Positions 23,742-36,777 of a DNA stretch of 64,000 nucleotides are shown here, one piece after another (within the stretch, counting starts at the first letter, position 1; the number at the start of each line of letters is the position of its first letter). Source of the DNA: Epithemia pelagica (taxonomy: Eukaryota > Protista > Bacillariophyta); NCBI GenBank assembly GCA_946965045.2, contig OX337234.1:3286001-3350000 (forward strand), written 5' to 3'. The notes below the pieces were generated by a model that had not been told where the DNA came from, searched no databases, and saw only the letters and a program-made list of their open reading frames with translations. A program made the position numbers and the translations under genes.

Positions 23742-26700
23742 ATGACCCAACATGAAGAACAGCCGCAACCGCAGACGCTCGATCCCTCCTCGGGCAACAA
23801 CAACGACGGCGACGACAACGACAGGGAGCCCAATGGTGAGGAGGAGGAGAAACAGGAGGAGGAGGAGGAGGAAGTACCCCTCCAAGAAGAAGAAGAAGAA
23901 GAAGAAGAAGAAGAAGAAGAAGAAGAAGAAGAAGAAGAGGAGAATTCTCCAACTACTAGGGAGCAAATGGTCGAGAAGGAGGATCCTGCTGCTGCTGCTC
24001 CTGCTGCGGTGACGACCCCGAATCCTCCTCCACCCAAAGACGACAAATCACCACCATTCTCCTCCTCATCGTTGGACCTGGTCGACCAACCAAAGGACGA
24101 CAACAACAACGACAACGATATTGGACAAGAGCAACCAGAACAACCAGAAATTATGAACCATGATGATCATGTTGAGGAACAACCACAACAACAACAAGAG
24201 GAGGAGGAACAAGTCGATGCACCAGACGGACACGTCATGGAACAAGAACGAAACGATGACGAAGAAGAAGAAGAAGAAAAGTTTGCCATTGCCGAACCGG
24301 AGCCACTGGAATTTTCGCAACACCTGGACGAGGAACACCCTGCATCTTCTCCACCACCCGAGGCCGTCCTGCCGCCGCCATCCTCCTCCGGATATGCCCT
24401 GCCTCCTCCCTCGTCGACCTCGTCCTTTGTCACGGCCTGGTACGAATGGGGTGGTCCTACTACGACGACAACAAATACGACAACAACGAACGACGCCACT
24501 CCAATCCGGTCGTCGTCTTTGGCACTCCCGAAACAACCAGACGACGACAACAACAACAATGACAGGGATGAGCCTCGGGACCAGAATTTGGACCATCCCA
24601 CGACAACTGGCCCATCATCAGCAGCAGCATCATCATTGCCCTTGGACTATCCTCGAGCCGGTTCGGTACAATCCGACGAAGATGTTTTTTTTGATGCCGA
24701 ACAAGGCCGAGCCTCCTCGCCCAGTACGAGTGCCGTCTATTACAATTTGGACCGGAGAGGATCATGGCCCCTTCAAGAAGGCGACGAACAAGAAGAAGAA
24801 GAAGAAGAAGCACAAGAGGACCGCAAGGTTCCAGCCAACGACGACAACTATCAGGAACAGGAACCCGATTTGGAACAGGCCGAACTCACTCGATCCGAGC
24901 CAACCGAATGGCAACCGGCCAGTCGACTCTTGGTACCATCACCACCACAACAGCACGACGAGGATGACGACGACCATGAAGAAGCAGAAGAAGAAGAATC
25001 CAGACTGGCGCACCACTCTTGGACCAACACCATGAGTCTGCCACTGTCCGAGGCGGCAGTGGCTGCCGCCGCAACGGCTAATAGGGAGCAAGAAGAGACC
25101 AACCCCTTGTTGGTGTCATCCTCGTCCTACCAATCCACAACCACATCCACAAACGTCAATCTGCCACCACCCAACCCATCGTATCGTGTGATTCCTTCTC
25201 GTCGGGATCCCAATTTTGCCTGGTTCAAACCACATCCCGATTCCCAGCATCACATGACACAGCAGCAACCCCAGTCACCACCCAAAGCACCACCTACCGT
25301 GTCTCCCTCTCGACGATTGTTGCGCGGCATTGCCGCTCGAAACCAGGAAGCATCGCCACCCCCTCCTCGTCCCTCCCCCGCTTCCGTGTCGTCCTCGGTA
25401 CCCTCCAATTTGGATGCCGATGTCGTGACGGCCTTTTATTATTCCGATCGTCGCGTCCCGACTCCCAAACACCACCGACGACGACGAACACGACGACGAT
25501 CGGGATCGTGCTGTGGCGAATCGCCATCGTCCCTGTGTCTCTTGACGCGTCGGCAACAAACCATCTTGGCCATGCTATTCCTCTTGCTCTTGTTGATTCT
25601 TGTCTTGAATGAAAGTTTTTGGTCCCCACTGCCCATCGATCCATTGGAGAATACTACTCCAAATGGAACCAAGTCTATTCGCCGACCCATTTGTAGCGAT
25701 CCGCAATTCTTTGAGGCCCATGGCATTGTTCACTTTCAGCCCCTCGATGGATTCTTGGAGTATTGGTCACCGCAAGAACCATTCGCCACGTTCACCTCGG
25801 TACCCACGTGTCCTGGGTTGTCTTCCCAATTGCAACAAGCACAAGCACAACCACACCAACAACAAACGGAACAATCACAAGACCAACCACCCGCCGAGTA
25901 CCTTTGTCTCTTGGTCGAAACCAATTGTCGCACGTACTGGAAACCAGTGGCACGATCCTATGCCGGACGGCCCCTCTGGGAACCTTACACGGTTAATCAT
26001 GGATCGACTTTGAAATCTGCAACCTGTCGATATACAACAGCAACGACGACGACGACGCCACACGACACTCCCGGTCCGCCTCACAAGGCTCACGACCATC
26101 CAGTTCTTCTCAATGAGACAATGTCAGTAGAAGAATGGGAAGAAGGAGACGACACCAATAGCACTCTTCCGACGGATGACGTACTACTACAAGACAGGAA
26201 CGAAACGGACACCCACCATGATCCCTCCCGTGTACCCTCCTCGTCGCCATCAATGGTACCTGTACAAAGCCTGGTCTGTGATTTGGTGGTTCCCCATTCC
26301 TGGGAAAACCTTCCAGGCATGGCGGACGACAACCACTGTGACGACGACGTCCCGTTCTATGCCATTATTGTGCGAACCTTGCCCTCGCCAGCCGCTACTA
26401 GGAGTAGGTCCGTCCCTCATTACCACTCGACACCGAACGTCAGCGAGACCACCACCACCATATCCAATCATTCCATTCTGGACAATAACGACGACAACAA
26501 CCACAATCACAACATGGGTCAACATCATGATCATGTCATGGCCATGGACGATCCCTTGGACGACCATGACTCGAGTCATTTTCGTCATGCTCACGAGTGT
26601 GCCTGTTGTCAACGTCGCAAACAAGAATTTGCGCGATTTTTGGAACAAGCCACTTTTGGCACCACACGACGAGACATTCATGTGCTCATGGATCGATATC

Positions 26701-29700
26701 AAATGCTTCAACAAGAACGCAACTTTGAGGCGTCGCAAAAACAACAAGAACAAGAGAACGAGGATATGGACGATGCTACAGAAACAGCACTGCCACACAG
26801 GAACGAGGAAAACATGGAATTCCTAGGAGACGTAGACGACATATCCTTGGACAAGGGAGAGCAAACTCCCGTGAACGGGGATATGACAACAATGGTCATG
26901 GCCCAATGGATCCAGGAGCAAATGGTATCGGAACGGCCATCCTTTCATCGAGAATTTTGGCGTCGACATGCCACGGGGCGGAGTCACCACTACCAGACCA
27001 GTAAAATAAGTGGAAAGAGGACTCTGTCGTACTTGTCTCCCACTGGACGGTCTACGCATCCCTGTCAAGCCAATGCCGCCTATCGGAACTTTGCCTTGAC
27101 GGAACAACATGCCGGACAAATCTTGGAGTTGGTCAATCTCTCCTCGTCGTCATCTTCTTCACGAACGTCGTCGTCGTCGGCGAAAGAACCGCCTTCACCC
27201 AGATTTTTAGTGCTCGTAAACCACGTGGCCTTGACCATTGTCGATGGACCCATTCAATTTGTTCCATTGGACGATCCAGCGTTGAATGTGGATACCAATG
27301 GAAAGCAAAAACCAACGGATGCTCACCTGGGGGATGACGACTCTGACAAACTGGCTGCCTGGGTGTTTGAGGCCGGAAGGTAAGTACGGTGAAACTGTGT
27401 GCCGGACATGATGCACGCAAAAACAAAAGAATTACAAGTTGATTGTGGAGTTGATGCTCATCTTGAACAATTTTATTCTCTCTCCTTGTTCATCGTGTGG
27501 TTCATTCTCGTCGTGTTTGTTTGTTAATGTCGTATACACCAATTGAACAACCACTGTCATCAAAACAACCAACCCGTGTCTTTGTCCAGTTACGAAATTT
27601 GCTCCAACAATCGTCCTGAGCCGTTTGTCGGTGGCAAAGTGTGGCTGAAGCACCCTAGAAACAATGACTGTACTAGACCAGTACAGTTTGGTTCCTACTC
27701 AGGAAATCCATTGGTGCAATTTGACCAAGAAATACACCCACTCTTCCAGGTGGAACTAAGTGACAAGGCCGTGCGAGCCATGGACGTCGAATACTTTTCC
27801 CAAAGGCAGCCATCTCCGCAACGTCTCGTGACAACACGTGTCTTGATTGATCCATATTGTCAACTGATTATGGATCCCAGCGATGAAGAAGTGAGCATGC
27901 CGGTGGTGTTTGGTCGATATCACTCCGACTATTGGATTCATGACTCCCGCTTTGTGCTGCAAGAAAATTCATTGACCAGTCCATTGGCTGATGGTGGAGG
28001 AACTCTTGTGAGAGGAAACGAGATGCTTGATAATTCGGACTGGGCAAGTCTTTCCGTGTCAACACCTTCTTCGTTTGGGGCCGTGTGTGCAAATGTGCCA
28101 CGATCTTGGTTGAATGAACAATCGTGTTTTCTAAGTACCCGTGCTCATGCTTGTTCTAGCCGAAGTGGTCCTGTTACCACGGATACGAGTGTAGGTACGG
28201 TGGTTTGTGGAAGTCCTGGAGAAGTTTCGAATGACTTGAGTCTTGACGGCGAAGCTTCCCGAGGAGCATTTGATGTGTATACAACCAAATGGCACAATAC
28301 AACTCGTGATCTGGAAGCTCGTCATATTGTATGGACCACGTTAGCCCTGTCGGCAAAGGACCAATTACGGCAACGAATGGCATGGGCATTGGGTCAAATT
28401 TTGGTACGTTCGCCATTCTAACTTTGCTTATTGTGTCATTTTTTCGAAGCCGTCTAGTTCTCATCTCATTCCCAACACTCGGTGTCTGTGTTATCAGCCG
28501 ATTCACCATCCAATTTTTCCTTCAACGACCTCGGAAGCATATGTTGCATTTCACGATATTTTCGTTCGAAATGCATTTGGGAACTACCGCGATGTTTTGA
28601 AAGAAGTTTCATACAGCACCCTGATGGGTGATTTACTCACTTACCGCGACTCGAAATCAACTGGATACAGATGGCTGATTAACAATGGATCTGATGTAGT
28701 AGAACACGCCGACGAGGTGAGTCATTATGCGGTCTAGAATGAAGCAGCCTTTTGCGTCTTGAAACGATTGCCAAAGCGTCTTTTCACATTTGTTGTTGTA
28801 CGACGAAGAATTATGCACGAGAAATCATGCAATTCTTTTCTATAGGAATGTATGAATTGAATCCCGACGGAACGCGCAAGCTAGATGAGAACTCTCGTTT
28901 CATCTCATCTTATTCAAATGACGACATAATGGAGTATGCAAGGGTTTGGACCGGTTTTCGACAGGCTAAGCCTCGAGGCAATATCGAAAATGCCCTGTAC
29001 AACAATATTGACCCCATGGAGATTCACGTGCCATGGAGAGATGTCTTTCCAAAACTGGGATTGGGTCAGATATACATTGGAGATGGTTACCCACTATGTG
29101 TGGATCGTCCTAAACATCATTTCTTGAAAAAGGGCGCAAAATACATTTTGTTGGGACACAACCCGTTGCCGGAACTACAAAAGGACACGGAGAGCTGGGC
29201 AGTGGACCCGTGGGCGATCCGTTTTGTGGCCAATCCAGCCGGCGCACTAAACCATATGCTATGCGATGCCACTGGAGATATTAACGCCCCTTGTGGATAC
29301 CCTTCTATTGTGACGCTGAAAGAAAATCTTGATTGTGAAGGACACGAATGCAACGTGGACACATTGCGTGTCGTCGAAGTAACAGGTGGAGTGTTCTACG
29401 AGTATGTTCCTCTTCCATGTGTTAGTGAAGCGTTCTATGAGAATCCGCAGAAAGTTAAGAAGAGGTCGGGTCCGAAGGGAACGGCCTCGATGTGTGCGGA
29501 TCCGCGTTTGCCAGTGGCATCAACCTCGTGCTGCTCAAGTTATTCCTCTGAAACACATGTGGAAGATACGTTCTGGGGAGAAAGGGTTAAGTTCGCCACT
29601 GCGGAACAACGGTGTTCCGCAAGCGGTAGTATCATGTGTAGATCGACGGGCGAATTCACAATCAGCGACTGTCAGAGACCATCGTGTGACGGTGATATGT

Positions 29701-32688
29701 TTTATTGGATGTCGAAAGATGAAGCATGTCACCTGAAAGCAAAGATCGATCGAAAGGGAAAAGTAGCATTGGTTCATTCCGTTGAGCGAGAGCAGACTTC
29801 GACCAAAGAAAAACGACAAGAAGAAGAGGACAATAAAACCTTCTTCCGGGTCCAATTTTTTACATACGAAAATGTAACCGTTGGTCTCGATGAGCAGTTA
29901 GAATCCAGTCCAGAATGTTCCATTTCGAACGACGGTTTTTGGATTTGCGACGTGGTTATCACCAACGAGCAAGCGTATTCTTCTCTCCCTACGCAGGATC
30001 AAGTTCTTTCGTCCCTTACGATCGGATCTTTCTCTCCCGAAACACTAGATGGGCCTTTTACCGTCGTTGAGGAAGGAGGTGTCAAAGCTCATCTTAAGGA
30101 CGAACAGTATTCCCAGGAAAGCGTCTTTGAAGTTGTGGATCGCTTCGGGGTAATGCATCTACGTAAGAATGTCAGGTCAACCGTTCGCATTGAAGGCACT
30201 CACGTGAAGTTTCGAAACCCAGTTCATTTCATGTCGCTTACCGAACCCACCCTTCGTGATGCACAATACGAGACGGATGCCGCGATTGATCATCTTTTCT
30301 ACAATCAGAATACGGCGCCTTTCTTGGCTGTTCGACTAGCACGGCGATTTGGGTCCAGCAATCCTTCCCCTGGATATGTACAGAGAATAGTCAAAGCCTT
30401 TCAAACTGGTACATATGTCTTCACGGATGGCATTGTGTCGTTATCTTTCGGTAAGGGACAGTATGGAGATCTCGAAGCGACCTTGGCAGCGATCTTGCTT
30501 GATATCGAAGCACGAGATATTGTTCTCGATGCCGACCCAGCTCATGGCTGGCTCAAAGAGCCAATATTGAAGGTCACAGGACTTATGAGAAACCTTGAAT
30601 TTCAGGAAACCGTAGAATATCCATTTCCTCGATTCAGGAAGAATCTTCAAAATACAATAGGGCAAATGGTGTACGATGCACCAAGTGTCTTTTCTTTCTT
30701 TCACCCGGAGTTCCAACCCAACGATTTGATAGCGAGTGCTGGGATGGTGTCCCCCGAAGCGCAAGTGCACTCCTCCCCTCAAGTTGTTGGGACGATGAAT
30801 GGTCTTTTGTCCATGATCAAGTATGGATTAGACCGTTGCTTTGGTGGATTAGGATACAGCAGAAACTGGAAAGGGAGCAATGAGTGCCAATGGAGAGTCC
30901 CAGGCGACTATGAAAATTCCTCGAGTTATCCCGAGTTTGTTCCCAAAGATGCAAGCTCAGTGGATGGAATCGTCAGCGAACTTGCCATGGTAATGACGAG
31001 CGGCAGACTTAGTGAGGAACATGTCGAAATGATTATGGACGTCGTGGAAACAGAGGAGGATCCCATGAGTTCTATTCTAAAAGCAGAACAATTGATTGCC
31101 GCGACGAGCGAGTTTCATAGCACTGGGACGATTTCCAAAGCAGAAGGGATTCGCAACCAAGAGAAACGAGTAACTTCCACAAAAAGACCATACAAGGCAT
31201 TCGTGATGGTGTTGCTCAACGGTGGTTTGGACTCGTATAACTTGGTTGTCCCACATAAATGTGAAGGAACGAATCAAGATGGTTTAACAGTTCTGGAGCA
31301 ATACACACAACAACGAGGGCATATCGGACTTCAACCTCACGAGCGCAATTTGTTAATTCATGCCGAAGGACAGCCTTGCGAGACGTTCGCTATTCATGAC
31401 AGGATTCCTATTGTGAAGGAACTTTATGAACAAGGTGACTTGAGCTTCTTTCTGAATGCTGGTGTGGTGAATGCGCCATCGACAAACGAAACGTTCGAGG
31501 ACGTGACCGTGTCACAACTATTTGCTCATGATACCATGCAAAACGAATTACAACGAATTGATCCGTTTGACCAAGTTATTTCTACAGGTATCTTGCGTCG
31601 CATTTCCCAACGTTTGAACAATTCCACGTATGGTTATCAGTCGCAGACCATATCCCTCAATTTTCTGAACCCGTCAGTGTACGGCAATGACGAGCACTCA
31701 CCACGACCACTTGTCGTGAGTCAAGATGGTCCTCAAAAGTTCAACGAAAGGCCCAAGACAGAACACTTTGATCCTCTCGATCAAATCAAGAGCTTGAATG
31801 GACCGAACTATATAACAAGCAACATGTTTGGTGATTTCTGGTCCGACGCCTTTATGCGGGCTCTTGACGAGAACGACTTTCTCGAGGATTTGTTGGACAA
31901 GGTGACTTTGGACGATTCGTCGTGTGGGTCCAAAGCTCTCAATATGGTGGTAAAAATGATGGAAACCAGACGTGGACGAGGAAACGATCGGGATCTGTTT
32001 TATGTGAATATGGATGCGTGGGACCACCACTCCAATGTCAAGGAGCAGTTGAGCTACAAACTGCGAGAATTGAATGAAGCATTGGAGTGTTTTATGAAGA
32101 ATGCAAAGGGCAAAGGGTTGTGGGATCATGTGACGCTCCTTGTAGTGTCCGAGTTTGGTCGTACCATGACCCCCAACACAAACAATGGATCCGATCGTAC
32201 GTACTGTTGCCCCAGAACCCTTCTAGGATTGCCAAAACTCACCCATTGCGTTTCCTCGTTTCTTATCATTGCTCCTTTTTTATGCATGGCTTTTTTGTTT
32301 CTCTTGTTACTGTTGTCGTTACTATTGTTGCGGTTTCTGTTGCTGTCTTTGGATGATTGAATGCATAACCACGACTATCCCATGTGGCATTACAGACGGC
32401 TGGGCCGGTCATTACTTTGCCATGGGTGGCGCCCTGGCCGGCGGTCAGATGCACGGAAGCTATCCCACCGATGTGACACCGACCAGTCCCTGGAATGCCG
32501 GACGAGGCCGCATGATTCCCACCCTGTCGTGGGAATCGATTTTGGCTCCCATGGCGGAATGGATGGGAGTGCATCCTCTGGAAAATGACGATGCGGAGGA
32601 ATGGGACGCCTTTGTCTTTCCCAATGCCCACAAGACGGGGACACCCCGGTTACCGGCGTCGGCCGTGTTTCAACCGGATACATTTTAA
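23742..32688 (+). CDS. Giant single-pass membrane protein fusing DUF1800 and DUF1501; exons 23742-27379, 27590-28403, 28498-28716, 28809-32196, 32396-32688 (about 2783 aa)
   Basis: DUF1800 motifs FARFLEQATFG, DQLRQRMAWALGQIL, DIFVRNAFGNYRDVLKEVSY, ADE|NYAREIMQFFSIG, LKEPILKV; DUF1501 motifs FVMVLLNGGLDSYNLVVPH, LFAHDTMQ, WDHH, SEFGRT, SD|HGWAGH; exon lengths sum to 8352 nt, a multiple of 3; the exon 3 acceptor is the least certain. Confidence 0.85.
23886..23936 (+). repeat. (GAA)x17 microsatellite encoding poly-Glu
   Basis: Read directly from the sequence. Confidence 0.95.
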
Positions 32689-32937
32689 AACCAACAACCA
32701 CACAAAACACAAACGAGCTTCGTTTTGGGTTCCCCCACCACGACGCGCATTCGAGTTACGAGATTTATACGAGACACTCTCAATGTGTGGAGATATACCA
32801 GCACCGTGTGTGTCCTGGAGCAACGACCGTTTCCGTTTCCAAACAACCAAACAACAACCACCACCACTACTACTCGTACATTTGTCGATTCTGTACAAAC
32901 ATATATTCGCTATTAGTATAAACACAACACAATATTG

Positions 32938-33350
32938 TAAACAAACCTGATTCTTGTGGACGATATATCTATTATAGTGCAATGCCCTGTGGTTCTCTCT
33001 CAACCATGCATTAACCGATAAAAGCTGCCACAAACAAACACTTTCCAGGATAAAAGATGTTTACGCGCAACCCAGTGTATATCCAATTTTGTCCAGCCAA
33101 GAAGCAGATTCAGTTGGCAACACTCTAGTAGAAATCCTTTAGAGGTAGACGTACCACACTTCCAAGGAGATACTCGAGAGGAAAAGAGCCAAGAAATGTT
33201 CGCTATAGTAGACACAAAACAATTCTTGTAAACAAACTTGATTCTTGTGTACGATAGTGCATGGTTCTCCCAGTCAAGCTGCCACACACAACCACTCTCC
33301 ATGAACTAACGAGTTCACGGGCAACCCAGCTGGTGTCCCAGTTTGTCCAT
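32938..33350. repeat. Degenerate direct duplication (32938-~33095 vs 33228-~33350)
   Basis: Shared blocks gtaaacaaac.tgattcttgtg.acgata, aagctgccaca.acaa.cact.tcca, gcaacccag and tttgtcc in the same order. Confidence 0.75.
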
Positions 33351-33383
33351 TCGAGGGGATCGATACTCCACAAATAGAGCATA

Positions 33384-33637
33384 CTAGAAATGTGTTGTGG
33401 TTGTTGTTGTTCTTCTACTTTATAGAAATGGAGCTATGGTACAAACTCTCAGTGCCGTGTTCTCTGGATACTCATACACTTGTGAAGCCTGGTCGTGACA
33501 GGTTAGCCTAGAAATGTGTTGTTGTGGTGGTTGTTCTTCTACTTTATAGAAATGGAGCTATGATACAATCTCTCAGTGTCGTGTGTTTCGTTGGCTGTAT
33601 ACTCGTATACGTTTGTCAAGCCTCGTCGTGACAGGTT
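33384..33637. repeat. Tandem duplication of ~125 bp overlapping the prolyl hydroxylase stop codon
   Basis: ctagaaatgtgttg...gttcttctactttatagaaatggagctatg.tacaa.ctctcagtg...aagcct.gtcgtgacaggtt at 33384-33504 and 33508-33637. Confidence 0.9.
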
Positions 33638-35172
33638 TCCTCCTCCGAGGCTCGTTGTTGTGGTTCTTGTTGGGGAGTGCTTTGTGTTGGTTGCTGTCGT
33701 CGTCGTCGTTGGGACGATTCGAGTTTCATGGTATTGGTATCAAAGGAATCCCAGGGATTCTCGGCGTTGACGCCCATTCGCATCCATTGCACGGCAATGC
33801 GTTTCGTCCCCTCCCAGACGGGACATCCCGAATGACTGGTAAAGCCCGTCTCCATGAGCTGCGTGGTGGGATTGTAATAGGAAAAAAAGGCCGCCGCGCC
33901 GACGGTTGGTTGCACAAGGACGCCCGCGTTTTGAAAATTGGTCCCCCCGCCCAGGGTCGGTGCATCGCAATACAGGACCATGGTGGCAACGCGACCGCCC
34001 GTCTTGTGGGGACGACCACTGCACTCGCCATCGCAATGGGGCATGTACCGGTCCGGTGTGGGATCGGCCGTCCCATGGCCAAAATATTGAATGGACATTA
34101 AATCTTCTTGTCCCTCGTGGGACAAGTTGTACCCCGTGGCATGATTGGTATAGGACAAGATGCGATGCGACACAATGGCAATGGGATCCAAGAGTTGCCA
34201 ATGGGGTGTCAATCCCCGCCTGCCAGGCTTTGCGATTGTCCGACAAGCGACTTCCTCCCTTACCGTCGGCCACGGTGCCGCGATGCAAGGTTTGAGCGGC
34301 CGCTTTTGTTGAATGGCCTGACATTCGGCGGGGGAAATAAAATTGTGCACCAAATGAATCTGACTGCTCGCACGACGATGCAAGACATGAACGACATGAT
34401 CCTGTGAAAAATTGGTGGCCAGTTCGTTTTGATTCGTCCAGGTTTCCACGGCAATGGGGGGCGATGTGGCCCGATGAGGATCGGTACAGGTATAATTCTC
34501 CGTCGCCTGCGACAGATCCAATCGCAATCGTTGTTCTTGTTGCAAGGCATCATTGGCTTCCACCAACAGGTTGGCCGTGTGGCGGGTCAAACACGCTGAC
34601 AAGTGGTGAATCAAGTCCTGCTGCTGGGTGGCATCGTTATGCTTTTGATTCTTGGACAAGGCCTCCAAAGCTTGGGCTTGACAGTCGCGAATGACACGAT
34701 CGTGGACCGTTTTCGTGTGCAATGGGGAGGAGGAGGCCTCTTCCTGTTGTTCTTCCAGAACCATGCCTTGTCGAAGGACAAAGACTTGATGGCGCGACGT
34801 TTCGGGGGAAATGGTAATGGTCACTTGGTGTTGTTCTTGTGGTGGTGATGATGCGTGATTCGAGGTGGGAACGGGCAACTCTGGTTGTTTCTCAGTATCA
34901 TAATTCGTGTGGGATGGCACGACGACAAAGGTATGATTGACAAAGGTGTTGAGTGTCACTTGGTGTCCATGGTGCGTGGCTTTTCCCATGGGAATGGTTT
35001 GACCGGACACGGGATGGACCCATTCCACCGAAACTTGCTGGCCACTTTGATTAATCACTTGCACGGTGCGATCGTCCAACGTTGAAGTCGAAGTAGTGGT
35101 ACGTTGGGCCCACGTGGGTGAGAAGCATAGCAAGAGAGAGACCAACGTCCGGACTGTCCTGTGGTGGTTCAT
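33616..35172 (-). CDS. Prolyl 4-hydroxylase alpha-like Fe(II)/2-oxoglutarate dioxygenase with signal peptide; compensating frameshift pair at ~34200-34307
   Basis: Signal peptide MNHHRTVRTLVSLLLCFSPTWA; catalytic YMPHCDG (HxD), RVATMVLYC, GGTNF, HSGCPVWEGTK.IAVQWMR (distal His and Lys). Confidence 0.85.
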   Translation of the reverse strand: MNHHRTVRTLVSLLLCFSPTWAQRTTTSTSTLDDRTVQVINQSGQQVSVEWVHPVSGQTIPMGKATHHGHQVTLNTFVNHTFVVVPSHTNYDTEKQPELPVPTSNHASSPPQEQHQVTITISPETSRHQVFVLRQGMVLEEQQEEASSSPLHTKTVHDRVIRDCQAQALEALSKNQKHNDATQQQDLIHHLSACLTRHTANLLVEANDALQQEQRLRLDLSQATENYTCTDPHRATSPPIAVETWTNQNELATNFSQDHVVHVLHRRASSQIHLVHNFISPAECQAIQQKRPLKPCIAAPWPTVREEVACRTIAKPGRRGLTPHWQLLDPIAIVSHRILSYTNHATGYNLSHEGQEDLMSIQYFGHGTADPTPDRYMPHCDGECSGRPHKTGGRVATMVLYCDAPTLGGGTNFQNAGVLVQPTVGAAAFFSYYNPTTQLMETGFTSHSGCPVWEGTKRIAVQWMRMGVNAENPWDSFDTNTMKLESSQRRRRQQPTQSTPQQEPQQRASEEETCHDEA

Positions 35173-36210
35173 TGTGGATGGTGTGGTTTGGAGGAGGAGG
35201 AGGAGGAGGAACAATCCATCAATCCATTGACTGAGCACACACACTGTTTTTTTGGGTCCGTTGGATTGTTGCTTGTTTGGTTCGAGCATGGTACCAATCA
35301 GAACCATGGACCGGTCGCAATCCGAATCATGGTTGCATTGGTTCGCATTGTGGAACCGCCATGGTCATTGATTGTCTTTTGTGTGTGTGTGACTCGCGCG
35401 CCAAGACCCAAACGGTCACGCAACAAAAAATGAGGGCCTTGGCATCGCCGGGCGTGCAATCGTGACATTGTCACAAGACTCCTGACTCACGAGTCAGGAA
35501 TGGGTATCTTTTGTGTGTATATGTGTATAGCCTTTCAAGAAGGACGGGGGCGGAAGCAACCGGCGCCCGTGTCGTTTTGCTGCTCTCACGTATATACCCA
35601 TCCAAACAGAAGAGGATTGAACGGATGCCTCCAACCACACTGTCAGTTCCATCCATCTTCCTCCAGTATCATCATCATCATCATCAACTTTTGTGTCTCA
35701 TGAGAGATGTGGCTGTATGGTGGCCGGCCTTGCAGACTGCCGCCGTCAGCCATTGATGGGGGAATGGATGCGGATGAACTATGATGGAGCAGCTGGACCC
35801 GAAGAATCTCCTATCCCACAATCATTGTGCAAAGAATGCCTGTTGGTGTGGCGGTTGTGTGGTTGTGTCCCTCCCAAGTCACGACGGCACCCACTATACG
35901 ATACGATTGTTCCTAGTGCTCGTAGTGGAGTCGAACAGGAACGACACTTTGTGGCAACATGTCTCAGCAGCGTTAGCCCCATTGACATTGATGATAGTAT
36001 TTGTACGAGTATTATATCATGTCTCTATCGCTATCATCACCATCATCATACAACGTGTCCCTCGGTCGAATCGTATCGATGAGATCGATCGAATCGCCTA
36101 TACCAACAAGCAACAACGGCAGAGAGATCGTGCCCTCCTCCTCCTCCTGTGCGCTTTTGAGGAGAATGTATGGGAGATGGGAGAAACCATTTCCGTATTC
36201 GACTGCAACG

Positions 36211-36260
36211 TTTTGAGTTTTGAGTTTTGAGCGCTCTGTTTTCTGTCTTCTGTCTTCTGA
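36211..36260. repeat. Adjacent heptamer runs (TTTTGAG)x3 and (TTCTGTC)x2-3
   Basis: Read directly from the sequence. Confidence 0.8.
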
Positions 36261-36777
36261 GACTTGGTTGAAGTTGCACTGACAGAGGGCAATAGTGTTG
36301 TCCATTATCATTGATATCTTCAGAAATGGAAGTGCAACAAATAATATTGTATTGTACTGTAGACTTCGATAAAGCGAATTTCCATTGGGAAGAACAACAA
36401 GCTTCGGCAGTTGGTAGGGTAAGCCCTAAGCCCCAATCTTCTCCGATTCATGAATGTTGTTCCGTTGTTCCGATTTCCGATCTTTGCAGAAGATTATATT
36501 ATTTATTATTTTCTCTCTTTTGCTCTCGCTTTCTTCTCACTTCTCACCCTGGATGACTTTTCGAAAAAAAGTTTTTGAGCCAACCAACAAACAACACTAC
36601 CAAACTCCTCTGTTTCGTCTCGACGATCCTGTTCCACTTGATCAGCAGCTTCGGGACGTTGGTTCCTCTCCAGAATCTTGTTGGCGTTTCAAGAAACGAG
36701 TGCAGTCTCGTCCGTCTTGTGTTTTCTCTCTTCTCTTGGTCGTCGTCGTCGTTCCCTTGCACAATATATATAGAATC

